Part shown: in pieces, positions 27,816-41,994 of the stretch
How the letters are laid out: every line of letters begins with the position of its first letter
Position numbering within the stretch: position 1 is the first letter of the stretch
Notes under the pieces: generated by a model
Databases searched by the model: none
The model's input: only the letters and a program-made list of their open reading frames with translations
Told to the model about the DNA's origin: nothing
DNA from: Octopus vulgaris
Lineage: Eukaryota
Reading direction: 5' to 3'
Length of the DNA stretch: 64,000 nucleotides
Assembly: GCA_951406725.2 (NCBI GenBank)
Contig: OX597835.1
Coordinates: forward strand, 42,966,001 to 43,030,000
Made by a program: the position numbers and the translations under genes

Positions 27816-28197
27816 CTCTCTTTTACTCTTTTACTTGTTTCAGTCATTTGACTGTGGCCATGCTGGAGCAAATTGACCCAAGGACTTATTCTTTGGAAGC
27901 CTAGTGCTTATTCTATTGGTCTCTTTTGCTGAACTGCTAAGTTACGGGGACGTAAACACACCACCATCAGTTGTCATGCGATGTTGGGAGGACAAACACA
28001 GACACACAAACATATACACACACATACATATATATGACGGGCTTCTTTCAGTTTCCGTCTATCGAATCCACTAACAAGGCTTTGGTCAGCTGGAGGCTAT
28101 AGTAGAAGACACTTGCCCAAGGTGCCACGCAGTGGGACTGAACCCAGAACCATGTGGTTGGTAAGCAAGCTACTTACCACACAGCCACTCCTGAGCC
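27816..28197 (-). mobile_element. SINE A full copy
   Basis: Family consensus, reverse strand. Confidence 0.85.
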
Positions 28198-28753
28198 TCA
28201 ATTTCAAATCTATAATCAGGCTTCATATCATGACGAAATGATTATCTCCCTTTCATTGAACATCTATTAAAAATTTTCTCATATCTACATCTATCCATGA
28301 AATGTTATCTATCAAGACTTGGAATTTTCTACCAACAAATGTCTTAACATTCAAGAAGAATATGGAGAATGGAACACATAATCTTCTTAAGTCTACATTT
28401 AGGCATTGTTCTTTTTATGGTGGAGGTGTGAGTGATCTCTTTGAAGCCATTGTTGCTCAAGGCTTTATTACAGTCGGGAGCTACTTTATCAAATATATCC
28501 TTAGAGAAAGACAGATTAGATGTCTTATTACTAACATTAGCTATAAGGTTTTCAAAGAAGATACAAGGGTGATAAGACTGTCCTTTTACTTGTTTCAGTC
28601 ACTTGACTGAGGCCATGTTGGAGTATTGCATTTAGTCAAGCAAATCGACCCCAGCACTTATTCTTCGTAAGCCTAGTACTTATTCTACTGGTCTCTTTTG
28701 CCAAACCACTAAGTTACGGGGACGTAAACACACCAGCATCAGTTGTCAAGCAG

Positions 28754-30025
28754 GTCGCCCTACGATCCAAGGTAAGCCTAGCAGGCTATTCTGCGATCCA
28801 AGGTACTTTGGATGGGCTGGGGCTTCTATGGGAAGCTGGTGCAGGAAACAGCCATGAACTCACGTTATTTGTCGGGTCTTTGCAGTCACAGCATATCTCC
28901 AGAGATTTCGGTCTTTTGTCATTGCCTCCGTGAGGCCCAACATTCGAAGGTCATGCTTGACCACCTCATCCCATGTCTTCTTGGGTCTACCTCTACCCCG
29001 GATTCCTTCAACTGTTTGGAAGTGGCACTTCTTCACACATCTCTCCTCATCCATCCATAGAACATAACCATACCAGTGCAAACATTTCTCTTGCACGCTA
29101 CATCCGATGCTTCTTATGTCCAACATTTCTCTCAGGGCACTTACACTCTGTTGTGTGTGCACACTGACATTGCACATCCAGCAGATCATGCTAGCTTCGT
29201 TTCTTTCAAGCCTACGCATGTCCTCTGCAGTCACAGCCCATGTTTCACTGCTGAGAGACCCTTTGTTGCCAGAAGGGGAAGAAGCTTCCTAAACTTTGCC
29301 CAGGCTATTCTTATTCTAGTGGTAACACTCTCTGAGCATCCACCCCCGCTACTAACTTGGTCCCCTAGGTAGAAGAAACTATCAAATACTTCTAGCCCCC
29401 CCCCCCCCCCCCGAAGTGTGATGGAATCTGTTTTCTGAGTATCTGTGGTGTCTACTGCCCCTGTGCATCTGCTGCACATGAAAGCTATCTTCTCAGTTAA
29501 TTTTCCTTTGATGTTGCTGCACCTCTTATGTGTCCATAGCTTACACTGGGTACATCTTAAGGAGCTTCTACCTACACCTTTTCTACAGATTGAGCAGGGC
29601 CACCTACCAGAGGGTGTGTGTGATGAGTTTGCCTTCCTACTTACTAGAACTTTGGTCTTTGCTACATTGACTCAAAGACCTTTTGATTCTAAACCTAGCT
29701 TCCACACACGAAATTTCTTATCTAGTTCCAGTAGCGATTCTGCTATGCAGGCCAGGTCATCAGCATAGTGGAGCTCCCAGGGGCAACCCATCTTAAATTC
29801 TTCTGTTATTGCTTGGAAGACTATGATGAATAAAAAGGGACTGAGGGCTGAACCTTGGTAGACCCCTACTTTTACCCAGAATTCTTCACTATACTTGTTG
29901 CCAATCCTAACTTTACTAACGGCCTCTCTCTATAGGGCCTGTACATCAATCTCCAGTTTCCACATTGCCCACCGGGGGACCCTGTCAAAGGCTTTCTCCA
30001 AGTCCACAAAAGCTAAGTAGAGGGG
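28754..30025 (-). pseudogene. RTE-clade LINE fragment (RT domain to 3' end), frameshifted
   Basis: KPLYLAFVDLEKAFDRVPR, ELHYADDLA, YLGDQVSSGGG, RGRGRPKKTW motifs on the minus strand. Confidence 0.9.
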
Positions 30026-30264
30026 TTTATATATATACACACACACACACACATATGTATACACACACACACACATATGTATACACACACACATACACAC
30101 ACACACACATAATGGGTCTCCATACAAGTTTCCATACACCAAGTTTACTCACAAAGCATTGGCACAAAGGAAAAATAACTTGCTTAAGGCGCCACACAAT
30201 GGAATTGAACCCAAAACATGGTTGAGGAGCCAACATATTAACCACACAGCCGTGCCTTCTTTCA

Positions 30265-30718
30265 AATACATATACATACACACACATACACACACTGATA
30301 CAAACACACATACATACATATATACACATACATTTGCATCTATACATATGCATATATATACTTGCATATATTTATGCATACGCACACACACAGACACACA
30401 TACATATATATGTATACATATGCATACACATTCACAGATACATGTATGCATACATACATAGATACATACATACATATATATATATACGCACACATGTGCA
30501 TATATAAATATGCATATATATACTTGCATATATTTATGTATATGCACACACACAGACATACATACATATATATATGTATACATATGTATACACACTCACA
30601 CATACATACATGCATACATACATACATGCATACATACATACATACATACATACTTACATACATGCATGCATTCATACATGCATGCATACATACATACATA
30701 CATACATACATACATACA

Positions 30719-30752
<34 letters not shown>

Positions 30753-30840
30753 CACACTCATACATACATGCATACATACATACATACATACATACTTACA
30801 TACATGCATGCATTCATACATGCATGCATACATACATACA

Positions 30841-30874
<34 letters not shown>

Positions 30875-31342
30875 CATTCATACATACATACATGCATGCA
30901 AGCATACATACATACATGCATGTATACATACATACATGCATACATATATGCATGCATACATACTTACATACATACATATATACACACATTCATGCATGCA
31001 TGCATACATACATGCATACATAAATGCAGGCATACATACATACATACATAAATGCAGGCATATATACATACATACATACATACAAACATACATACATACA
31101 TACATAAATACATACACACATACATACATACATGCATACATCCGTACATACACACATACATACATACATACATACATACATACATAAATACATACACACA
31201 TACATACACACATACATACATACATACATACACACATACATACATACATACATACATAAATACATACACACATACATACACACATACATACATACATACA
31301 TACACACATACATACATACATACACACATACATACATACATA
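30265..31342. repeat. (TACA)n-based compound microsatellite with local higher-order duplications
   Basis: Direct reading; TATATATACTTGCATATATTTATG occurs twice. Confidence 0.95.
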
Positions 31343-32205
31343 TCATTGAAAAGAAAATGTCTTACAAATAGCTTCTTTGGTTGATTTCTAAAAAAAACTT
31401 TTCAAAGAAATCTAATTGAAGGAATTGAAGAAACCAAAGCAGAAGAAGCAGGAAAAAAGACAATAATGATCAGCCTCAACAATTGTTAGACATCTGAAGT
31501 GGTTCTCTTCAAATACTTCTTCTCCCTTCCACAAATTCCTCCAAGACTTCCAAACAACAAACAATAACAGTTCTTTGTACATTTTTCTTTTTTGCCCCAC
31601 ATGTTTTAGTTCCATAAATACTTTAACTTGTTCCATTTCTTTATAATTCAATCAATTTATTTATTTTTTGTAGTTTGGTTCAAGCGAAATAAATAATACT
31701 TGTTGTTGGAGATGAATCTGTTAAATTTTCCGAGGTCCTTCTTTTAAATCGTTAGCGGTACTTCTGCCATAATGGATAGAAAGTATCTTAACAACTTAAT
31801 AAATAGACTTCTCTCCATTAACCCTTTGAATTCACGAATACATTCTAACGGGCAATTTCATTTGATTATCCTCCTGAAAGACACACAAAGGCAGGCAGCC
31901 ATGTTGTTTTGCGTTTATGACTGAAAATAACGATGTTTTTTGATGTTTCTGCCAATTGGGAAGCGAAAACTACAAAAACCACATGGCTTTCAACATTTTT
32001 TGTTACCCCCATCGAAGGGGGGTGTTTTTCAAGCACAATATTCTGTATTCTGTTGTTCATACTTTTATCTTCATTGAATCCTGACATTCAAACACAATAA
32101 ACTAATAACTCAACATCATGATTATTTGATACGATTAAGTAATTCAGCTGCAATTGGCATCCATCTTACACTGCAAACAGGATACAAACGACCAGGCACG
32201 AGACG

Positions 32206-32296
32206 CTACTACTACCACCACCACCACTACTACCACTACCACCACCACTACTACCACTACTACTACAACCACTACTACTACTACAACCAATACTAT

Positions 32297-32329
<33 letters not shown>

Positions 32330-32441
32330 CACTTCTACTATTACCACCACCACCACCACTACTACCACTACTATCATCACTACTACCACCACCACCCTAC
32401 TACTACCGCCAATACAACCACCACTTCTACTACCACTACCT

Positions 32442-32502
<61 letters not shown>

Positions 32503-32606
32503 CACCAAAACCACTACTATTACAACTACTGCTACTACCACCACCACTACTATCACCACTACTACTACCACCACCACCATCACCACTACTACCACTACTA
32601 CTACAG

Positions 32607-32637
<31 letters not shown>

Positions 32638-32955
32638 CACCATCATCACTACTACCACTACTACTATGACTATTACTAGTACCACCACTACTATCACCAC
32701 TACTACTAACACTACTACTACCCCCACCACCATCACCACTACTATCACTATCACTACTAAAACTACTACTACTACCACCATCACTACTATCACCACTACT
32801 ACTACTACTACTACAACAACTACTACTACTGCTGCTATTGCTACTACTACTACTACTACCATTACTACTACCCCCACTACTACCACTACTACTACCACGA
32901 CCACCACTGCTGCTGCTACTACTACTACTTCTGCTACTTCTGCCATCACCACCAC
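32206..32955. repeat. (TAC/CAC)n tract
   Basis: Direct reading. Confidence 0.95.
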
Positions 32956-33484
32956 CCCAAAAAGAAATGGATCAACAGCCCTTCCCGTGCCATAGACTCC
33001 CAGTTTCCCGGCTTCCGTGATGTATATATTCCCTCCTTGGATGGGACCCCAGTGTCTCATGGCCGAGTGAGTAGGGACAATGTAGAATGAAGGGTTTTGC
33101 CCAAGAACACAATGCATTGCACAGCCCAGGATTTGAAACCACAATCTTACAATCATGAGTACGGCTCCCTAACCACCAAGCCATGCACTTCCACACTACT
33201 AAAGATGAAATATATCATTTACTTGTTTCAGTTATTAGACTGTGGCCATGCTGGGGCACTGCCTAGAAGAATTTTTAATCAAATGAATTGATCCTGGTAT
33301 TTTTTTGCTTTAAAGCCTGGTACTTATTCCATCAGTCTCTTCTGATGAACCACTAAGTTACAGGGATGTAAACACACCAACAATGGTTGTCAAGCAGTGG
33401 TGGGGGACAAAGACCTAAAGATACACACACACACACATACACACATATGATAAGCTTCTTTGCGTTTCCATTACAAGGCTTTGT

Positions 33485-33787
33485 GGAGGCACATGGCCTA
33501 GTGGTTAGAGCAGCGAACTCGCAGTCGAGGGATCGCAGGTTCGAATCTCAGACCGGGCGATGTGTGTGTTTATGAGCGGAAACACCAAAGCTCCACGCGA
33601 CTCCAGCAGAAGGTAATGGTGAACTTCTGCTGACTCTTTCACCACAACTTTCTCTCACTATTTCCTCCTGCATCTTGCAGCTCACCTGTGATGGACCGGC
33701 ATCCTGTCCAGGTGGGGAACCTATATGCCAAGAAACCGGGAAACCGGCCCTTATGAGCCAGGCATGGCTCGAGAAGGAACAAACAAA
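33485..33787 (+). mobile_element. SINE family D1 (tRNA-derived head, AACAAACAA tail)
   Basis: TGGCCTAGTGG A box, GGTTCGAATCT B box; copies at 8179-8483(-) and 10030-10260. Confidence 0.85.
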
Positions 33788-34710
33788 ACATTACAAGGCT
33801 TTGGTCAGTCTTTGTAAGCCTGGTACATATTCTATCGGCATCTTTTGCCGAACTGCTAAGTTACGGAGCTGTAAAGACACCAACATCATTTGTCAAGCGA
33901 TGGTAGGGGGACAAACAGAGAAACAAACACACACACACTCATATATATGACAGGCTTCTTTCAGTTTCCATCTATCAAATCCACACACAAGGCATTGGTC
34001 GGCCCGAGGCTATAGTAGACGACACTTGCCCAAGGAGCCATGCAGTGGGACTGAACCTGGAACCATGTGGTTAGGAAGTAAGCTTCTCACCACACAACCA
34101 TGCCTATGCCTATATTCCAAAACTAATATTTGGTGGAGGAGTATAGGGAATTATTTCAATCCCAGTATATTACTGGTATATCTTAACAACAGCTTTTGTT
34201 TTATTTCCCTGTTTAGACATTAAAAAAAACAAGGTTTTTCTTCCTCTTTTGATCGATTTCGAGAAAGAAAAATTCTACATTGTACTGTCCACTCTTTGGC
34301 CCTGCGTGGCTAATAAAGAAATCTATATTACTGGTATATCATTTTGGCAACATCAATAGAATTTGATCATTTGAACAACTCAGATTATAAATGATGTATT
34401 AATTCCTCAATGTATTTTGTCTACCATTTTCCAAAATTCTGCAGAATTACTTAATGATATTTTGTTTTAACTTAACAATTATTGACCTCACTAGTGTGGG
34501 TGCCATGAGAAATGCAATCAGTTACCCAGTATTTTCTGTGAAGGGATTGACATTAGGAAGGGCATCCAGCTGTAGGAACACTGTCAAAGCAGACATTGGA
34601 GCTCAGCTGTGGCCCTCTGGGTTATTGGTTCCTGTAGAACCGCCCACGCTATGCTAGCATGGAAAAAGGTATGTTAAGTGGTGATGGTGGCAGTGAAGAT
34701 GATGATGATC

Positions 34711-34938
34711 GGCGAACTGGCAGAAACGTTAGCACGCCGGGCGAAATGCGTAGCCGTATTTCGTCTGCCGTTACGTTCTGGGTTCAAATTCCGCTGAGGT
34801 CGACTTTGCCTTTCATCCTTTCGGGGTCGATTAAATAAGTACCAGTTACGCACTGGTGTTGATGTAATCGACATAATCCATTTGTCTGTCCTTGTTTGTC
34901 CCCTCTGTGTTTAGCCCCTTGTGGGTAGTAAAGAAATA
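34711..34938 (+). mobile_element. SINE family B (~230 bp, tRNA-like head)
   Basis: GGCGA.CTGGCAGAAACGTTAG..GTTCAAATTCC..GTCGACTTTGCCTTTCATCC..AAAGAAATA; other copies near 1030, 16430(-), 22501, 26193(-), 40490, 57250, 58030, 60270 and 61083. Confidence 0.85.
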
Positions 34939-35209
34939 TATTTATCATCTCCCATTAATCAACATTTACTGAAAACATACATTAATCTGCTCCCATCAAT
35001 CAACATCATTCTAAATACATAATTATCCACCCTGCTTCAATCAAAATTTATTGTAATTACACATTTAAATATAGGAACAAAATTTTTTTTCCAGTACTAT
35101 TTCTCCAGCACTTCAACATGTTAAATATCACTTTACATGTGTGCATGTGTGTGTGTGTTGTGCCTGTCTGTCTTGTTGTGTGTATGTATATATATATATG
35201 TGTGTAGTG

Positions 35210-35597
35210 GGTGTGTGGTAAGTAGCTTGCTTACCAACCACATGGTTTTGAGTTCAGCCCTATTGTGTGGCACTTTGGGCAAGTGTGTTCTTCTATAGCC
35301 TCAGGCCGACCAAAGCCTTGTGAGTGGATTTGATAGACGGAAACTGAAAGAAGCCTGTTGTGTATGTGTGTGTGCGTGTGTGTATGTGTGTGTGTGTGTG
35401 TGTGTGTGTTTGTCTGTCTGTGTTTGTGCCTCCACCATCGCTTGACAACCAATGTTGGTGTGTTTACGCCCCCATAACTAAGAGGCCGACAGGATAAGTA
35501 CTAGGCTTACAAAGAATAAGTCCTGGGGTCGATTTGTTCAACTAAAGGTGGTGCTCCAGCATAGCCACAATCAAATAACTGAAACAACTAAAAGAAT
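35210..35597 (+). mobile_element. SINE A
   Basis: Family consensus. Confidence 0.8.
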
Positions 35598-35663
35598 ATA
35601 TATATATATATATATGCTTGTTGTTTCTTCACCTAACTTCATCTTTTATTTTCTGTAAATTTG

Positions 35664-35698
<35 letters not shown>

Positions 35699-35737
35699 CA
35701 TATACTACACATATATATATACATATATACATATACC

Positions 35738-36026
35738 ACGTGATCACATGACATACCAGACCATCAGATGTTGTTACACATCGCTGGTCACAATGCGTTC
35801 GCATTGTTTTAGCCTTCGAATGACGCCACCCCACTGGCTAAGCAAGCAGGCCAACAGAAGAAAGAGTGGTGAAAGAGTACAGCAGGGATCACCACCCCCT
35901 GCCGGAGCCTCATGGAGCTTTAGGTGTTTTCGCTCAATAAACACTCACAACGCCCGGTTTGGGAATCGAAACCGCGATCCTGCAACGGCGAGTCCGCTGC
36001 CCTAACCACTAGGCTATTGCGCCCCC
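35738..36026 (-). mobile_element. SINE family D2 (same head as D1, different tail)
   Basis: Second copy at 25912-26437(-), split by SINE B. Confidence 0.8.
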
Positions 36027-36073
36027 ACATATATATATACATATATATATATATATGTATATATATGTACATA

Positions 36074-36129
<56 letters not shown>

Positions 36130-36684
36130 TATTTATATATATATATGTATGTGTGTATTTATATATATATATATGCATATATATAGCATATATTTCGTTT
36201 TATGTTAAGAGTATCTTTCTACTGAGAGCTTTGTCAAAAGTGACAGGAGCCTCCTCTACCCTAAGAAAATTTATTTTTAACCCATCGAAAGGACCCTGAC
36301 AGACGTCACCATTCCGGGTCAGAACAGACCTAGGCGACATGGTAACCAAGAGGTGACCCCACCACTCCCCACAACTACAAAAATCCTGAACTACAGCCCT
36401 CACCACTGGATGCAGTTTAAAGGTCATATCCGGGAACTATGGCAACTGAGATTGTCCGCAAAAATGTTGCTCAAGCTTTTGTCACCCAGACACAATGACA
36501 TGCAGATGTCTCACTTGAGACAACCATCGTTTAACGAGACAATACAATTATCATTACACATGTGTGTGTGGGGGGGAGTGAGGGTGTGTGTGTATTCTTG
36601 CATGCTACAGAAAGAATTTCTCTGTGAATTGTAAATAACTCAAACAAAACTGAGACATTCTCAGTGTGTAATAATTAAGAATAT

Positions 36685-36733
<49 letters not shown>

Positions 36734-37526
36734 GAGTCCACGCAATAAATCAATGAGTCTTTCTCTCTATTTCCTGGTGCATCATCATCATCATCGTTGT
36801 CATCATCATCATCAACATCATCATCACCGTCGTCATCGTCGTTGTCATCATCATCATAGTCGTCGTCATCCACGACACCATCATCTTTGTCATCATCGTC
36901 GTCGTCATCATCATCATCATCATCATCAACATCACTGTCATCATCATCACTATCATCATCAACATCAACATCATCATCATCACTATCATCAACATTGTCA
37001 TCATCATCATCCTCCTCCTCATCATCATCATCATCATCATGACCATCATCATCATCAACATCACTATCATCATCATCACTATCATCCTCATCATCGTCAT
37101 CGTCATCGTCATCGTCGTCATCATCATCATCATCACCATCATCATCATCAACATCAATATCATCATCGTCGTCGTCATCATCGTCATTGTCATCATCATC
37201 ATCATCAACATTATGTGATGAAGATCAAACAAAAGTAAAAAATGTCTGAAGCATTTCTCATGCAAAGTCTAAAGATCCTTGGCATCACTGATTTTGCAAG
37301 AAAATGTCCTTTATCTTCTTTTTTTGATAAAAAACATGCTTTTAAAGATTAAAGCTTAAAACATAAAAATTGTACCATCAATCATATGACTTTTATCTTT
37401 TATCTCTTACTTGCTTCAGTCACTTGACTGTAGCCATGCTGGAGCACTGCCTTGAAGATCTTTAGTTGAACAAATCAACCCCAGAACTTATTCTTTAAAA
37501 GCTTAGTACTTATTCTATCGGTCTCA

Positions 37527-37609
37527 TCAACTCACTATTTTCCACGAAGAATGTGTTCTCAAGAAATTTTTTCTTGAGAACACATTCTTCGTGGAAAATG
37601 GTGAGTTGA
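37527..37609. repeat. Near-perfect ~40-bp-arm palindrome with tail to (TA)n at ~37682
   Basis: TCAACTCACTATTTTCCACGAAGAATGTGTTCTCAAGAAA-TTT-TTTCTTGAGAACACATTCTTCGTGGAAAATGGTGAGTTGA. Confidence 0.9.
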
Positions 37610-38115
37610 CATCTATATCTAGCATAAAGGCTGTCCACTGGTTTTAATTGATTAATATCAATTTCTACCCTTATTTAATTTTATATATATATATATATAT
37701 GCATAAATATATACATATATATACATATATATATGAATGTATAAATAGTAAAATAAGGACTCAGATCTAATCAGATACTTGAAAAGATATGCACCAGATA
37801 GGGTTGGATAATCTCTGTAGTTCCAGCCAAGTATCAAATAGGATATTCCAGTTGTGCACACAAAAGTTGTACGGATAATACCACACTAATTTTTGGTGCG
37901 TCAGCTTAAGTACCTAATTCATCTGAGTCTCAATTAATTTGCTTATATATATATATATATATATATATAGGATCAAATCCAGGTGACAACGTAGGTGAGT
38001 TGGGTACAGAAATTCAGGGTGAGTACTTGATAATTGTAAGCACCTGTATATACCGTTTGGTGGTGTAGGTGGTGGAGTAAATTAATCAAAATAAAAACAT
38101 GATGCCAAGGATTCA

Positions 38116-38193
38116 GCGGTACATATGTTTCGGGTCTTTATTAGACGGATTTATAACAATGTATAATGTATGTCTGCGACCTTCTTCAGCCGC
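38116..38193 (-). ncRNA. Type I hammerhead ribozyme motif (family H1, inverted arm)
   Basis: Reverse complement reads GCGG-CTGAAGA-A-GGTC..GACC-C-GAAA-CATATG-TA-CCGC. Confidence 0.8.
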
Positions 38194-38459
38194 GCACAAC
38201 TATTTCCGCAAGGACATGTATTACATCAAAAATTCTACGTTGGGGATGCAAATCCTCTCATTCGCATACGACATAATGCGGCAACAGCATAAAAATGAAG
38301 CGTCCATCTCATTCTTCTCTCAATGTAGAATGAGAGAAGGACGAGATGGACGCTTCATTTTTATGCTGTTGCCGCATTATGTCGTATGCGAATGAGAGGA
38401 TTTGCATCCCCAACGTAGAATTTTTGATGTAATACATGTCCTTGATGTAGTAGTTGTGC

Positions 38460-38537
38460 GCGGCTGAAGAAGGCCACAGACACACATTATGCATTGTTAT
38501 AAATCCGTCTAATAAAGGCCCGAAACATATGTACCGC
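38460..38537 (+). ncRNA. Type I hammerhead ribozyme motif (family H1)
   Basis: GCGG-CTGAAGA-A-GGCC..GGCC-C-GAAA-CATATG-TA-CCGC; palindromic stem III ACATATGT, GUA triplet. Confidence 0.8.
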
Positions 38538-38599
38538 TGAATCCTTGGCATCATGTTTTTATTTTGTTTATATATATATATATATATATCAAAATCATA

Positions 38600-39137
38600 T
38601 TCGATGACTGGCATCCGTACTAGCAGGGTGCAAAGAGCACCATACAAGCATGATCGTTGACAGAGTGGCTAACCGGCTTCCAGCCAGTGGCACATAAAAG
38701 CCACCATTCGAGTGTGATCATTACCAGTGTAGCTTTACTGGCACTTGTGCCCCATGCTAGTAGGGTGCCAAGAGCACCATCCGAGCATGATCATTGCCAG
38801 AGCAGCCAACTGGCTTCTGTGCCAGTGGCATGTAAAAGGGCACCATTTGAGCATGATCGTTACCAACGTCGCCTTACTGGCACCTGTGCTGGTGGCATTT
38901 GTAAAAAGTTTCGAGTGAGGTTGTTGCCAGTACCGCCTGACTGGCCCTCGTGCCGGTGGCACGTAAAAGGCACCCACTACACTCTCGGAGTGGTTGGCGT
39001 TAGGAAGGGCATCCAGCTGTAGAAATTCTGCCAAATCAAGATTGGAGCCTGGTGCAGCCATCTGGTTTGCCAGTCCTCAGTCAAAATCGTCCAACTCATG
39101 GTAGCATGGAAAGCGGACGTTAAATGATGATGATGAT
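38600..39137 (+). mobile_element. Family C (tandem ~60-67-bp 5' units, AGGAAGGGCATCCAGC core, (GAT)n tail)
   Basis: Other copies at 43238-43573, 48670-49070, 49527-49965 and 16597-16915(-); tail-only copies at 9815, 27252 and 41036. Confidence 0.8.
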
Positions 39138-39148
39138 ATATATATTTT

Positions 39149-39201
39149 AACAAAACTGTCCGACGAACGGGAACGTGAAACTCTGAGTAGCTGCTTTTGT
39201 T
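39149..39201 (+). ncRNA. Minimal hammerhead-like motif, CCGACGA core, imperfect stem I
   Basis: AACAAAACTGT-CCGACGA-ACG-GGAA-CGT-GAAA-CTCTGAG-TA-GCTGCTTTTGTT, followed by AATAAA and (TA)n. Confidence 0.55.
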
Positions 39202-40122
39202 ATATTTCTGCTGCTTTTAAATAAAGTATATATATATATATATATATATATACACCCTGTATACATTAATACCCAGCATTTTTGCCTGTTACTCCAAAGG
39301 AAACTACTGCGAATAAATCAAACATGCTTCATCACACATAGACACTCACACACACACACTCACATGCACACACAAACACACCTATACACACACAAAAATT
39401 CATGCACATGTGTATATATATTCACAAATACTCACACACACACACCACACACAAACATTCACACACGGACTCACACGCACACACAAACATTCACACACAT
39501 ACACACACACTCACTCACACACACACATGCATATTCACAAACACACACACACACACACACACAAACATTCACACACACACACAATATAGACAATGGAGTG
39601 TGTCGTTGGGAGACGAGCAAAGTAACAAACCGGATGTTTGAGAAAGAAACAAGGAAAGGTTCGTTAGAGTTGAGCAATTAATTGATTTCTTGTGAAGTTT
39701 AAGAAGATTAGTGGAAGAGGCTAAAGTTGTTATGGAGCAACGATAAACTGTTTAATCTCAGTGGCTCTGGGATTGTTGAGGGATTGGCACTGAAGATGTT
39801 TCGGTTGGTTGACTTTTAACTGGAGGTTGTCCTTGCATGACATCATCATGCGTTTAGCATCACCACTGAAACATCCTCCTTCAAACAGCCTCTTACTCAT
39901 CATCATCATCATCATCATCATTGTTATTGTTGTCGTTATTGTCATTGTTGGTAGGAGCAGAGCCGTCATCATCAAGATCATCAGTTACCATCATCATAAT
40001 TATCATCTTCATCACAACCACCTCCACCATCATCATCATCATTGTCATCACAATCACCATTATCTTCATCTTCATCATCATCATCATCATCATCATCGTT
40101 ATCTTCATCTTCATCATCATCC

Positions 40123-40167
<45 letters not shown>

Positions 40168-40445
40168 CAACCATCACCACCACCATCGTTGTCGTGGTTG
40201 TTGTCATCGTCGTCGTCATCACTATCATCTCCATTTTCCCATGCTAATACGAGAAGGGCACCCACCCCCCTTACAACAGTAGGCCACATCAATATGTACC
40301 CTCACCTCACTTCAAAAGGCATCACAACCCTCATCTCACCTGCAGCCCATCCACACTTCATTTATATTCCACATAACTATACACTATCTGATCAAACATA
40401 AACACACATACATACACACACACATACACACACATACATGCTTTC

Positions 40446-40481
<36 letters not shown>

Positions 40482-40744
40482 ATATATATGAGCTGGCAGA
40501 CATGTTAGCAAGCTGGGCGAAATGCGTAGCCGTATTTCGTCTGCCAATACGTTCTGAGTTCAAATTCCGCCGAGGTCGACTTTGCCTTTCATCCTCTCGG
40601 GGTCGATAAATAAAGTACCAGTTTCGCACTGGGGTTGATTTAATCGAGTTAATCCCTTTGTCTGTCCTGGTTTGTCCCCTCTATGTTTAGCCCCTTGTGG
40701 TTAGTAAAGAAATATATATATATATATATATATATACATCTATA

Positions 40745-40987
40745 CAGGGTTGGTCAAAAGTCATCTGACAGTAAATCAAAACCCATCTAATTCTAAGATT
40801 TATTTATGTTTAACAACTGAATGTGACTTCACTAATAAAGAGACAAATGTTGAAAAAAAAAAAAAACATGATTTTAGCTCATAGCATTCAATTATCAATC
40901 ATTCATAATTGGAATGAATAAAAAAAATTGAATATTAAGTATTTATGGAAGTTTGATTTACTGTCAGATGACTTTGGGCCAACCCTG
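40745..40987. mobile_element. Tc1/mariner-type MITE
   Basis: TA|CAGGGTTGGTCAAAAGTCATCTGACAGTAAATCAAA ... TTTGATTTACTGTCAGATGACTTTGGGCCAACCCTG|TA. Confidence 0.8.
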
Positions 40988-41041
<54 letters not shown>

Positions 41042-41168
41042 CATCATCGTTTAACGTCCGTTCTCCATGCTAGCATGGGTTGGACGGTTCGACCGGGGAT
41101 CTGGGAAGCCAGAAGGCTGCACCAGGCTACAGTCTTATCTGGCAATGTTTCTACAGCTTGATGCCCTT

Positions 41169-41226
<58 letters not shown>

Positions 41227-41259
41227 TGTATTATGTATACACACACACACACATATATA

Positions 41260-41651
41260 CTCTTTTACTTTTTTAATTGTTTCAGGCATTTGACTGTGGC
41301 CATGCTGGAGCACCGCATTCAGTCGAACAAACCAACCCCAAGACATATATACTTTGTAAGCCTAGTACTTATTCTATCAATCTCTTTTGCCAAATCGCTA
41401 AGTTACAGGGATATAAACACCCCAGCATCAGTTGTCAAGCGATGTTGGGGGGGGACAAACACATATATATATACATATATATATATAAAGATAGATACGA
41501 CGAGCTTCTTCCATCTACCAATTCCACTCACAAGGCTTTGGTCGGCCCAAAGTTATAGCAGAAGGCACTTACCCAAGGTGTCAGGCAGTGGGACTGAACC
41601 CAGAGCCATGTGGTTGGGAAGCAAGTTTCTTATCACACAGCCACACCTGCG

Positions 41652-41653
<2 letters not shown>
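41260..41653 (-). mobile_element. SINE A
   Basis: Family consensus, reverse strand. Confidence 0.8.
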
Positions 41654-41704
<51 letters not shown>

Positions 41705-41710
41705 TAATAT

Positions 41711-41951
41711 ACATTACTCGATAGTCAAGATAAAACTCTGAGTTTCAGATGCCGAAGTGGGAATCCACAACGCCATCTCTTCGGTTATCTGGCTATCTGA
41801 AGAGATGGCGTTGTGGATTCCCACTTCGGCATCTGAAACTCAGAGTTTTATCTTGACTATCGAGTAATGTAACATATTATTTTATAGATAAATTTCCTCT
41901 ATTTACATAATATTGAGGTCTCCTTCTTTCTTTTGTTATCTTACCGTTTTA

Positions 41952-41955
<4 letters not shown>
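41711..41955. mobile_element. Fold-back element (~72-bp arms) made largely of a hammerhead, plus right-hand tail
   Basis: 41711-41783 is the reverse complement of 41799-41870; (TA)n on both sides. Confidence 0.85.
41728..41790 (-). ncRNA. Type I hammerhead ribozyme motif with CCGAAGA core
   Basis: Reverse complement AGATAA-CCGAAGA-GATG..GTGG/CCAC..CATC-T-GAAA-CTCAGAG-TT-TTATCT; 6-bp stem I. The plus-strand arm (41797-41853) has CTGAAGA but lacks a matching 5' stem I strand. Confidence 0.65.

Positions 41956-41994
<39 letters not shown>

Larger units (their letters stand above)
37969..38566. mobile_element. Fold-back element (~235-bp arms, 8-nt loop) with two divergent H1 hammerheads
   Basis: 38087-38322 is the reverse complement of 38331-38566 (the ORF track gives nearly the same peptide on both strands); extra tail on the left; (TA)n on both sides. 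Confidence 0.85.

Noticed and set aside
33485-33556. Apparent tRNA gene
   Set aside because: It is the head of SINE D1, continuing into the SINE body and present in multiple decayed copies.
38099-38647. Near-identical peptides on opposite strands
   Set aside because: A consequence of the inverted repeat; conservation follows the ribozyme structure, and the 46.5-47.2-kb relative does not keep a clearly homologous peptide.
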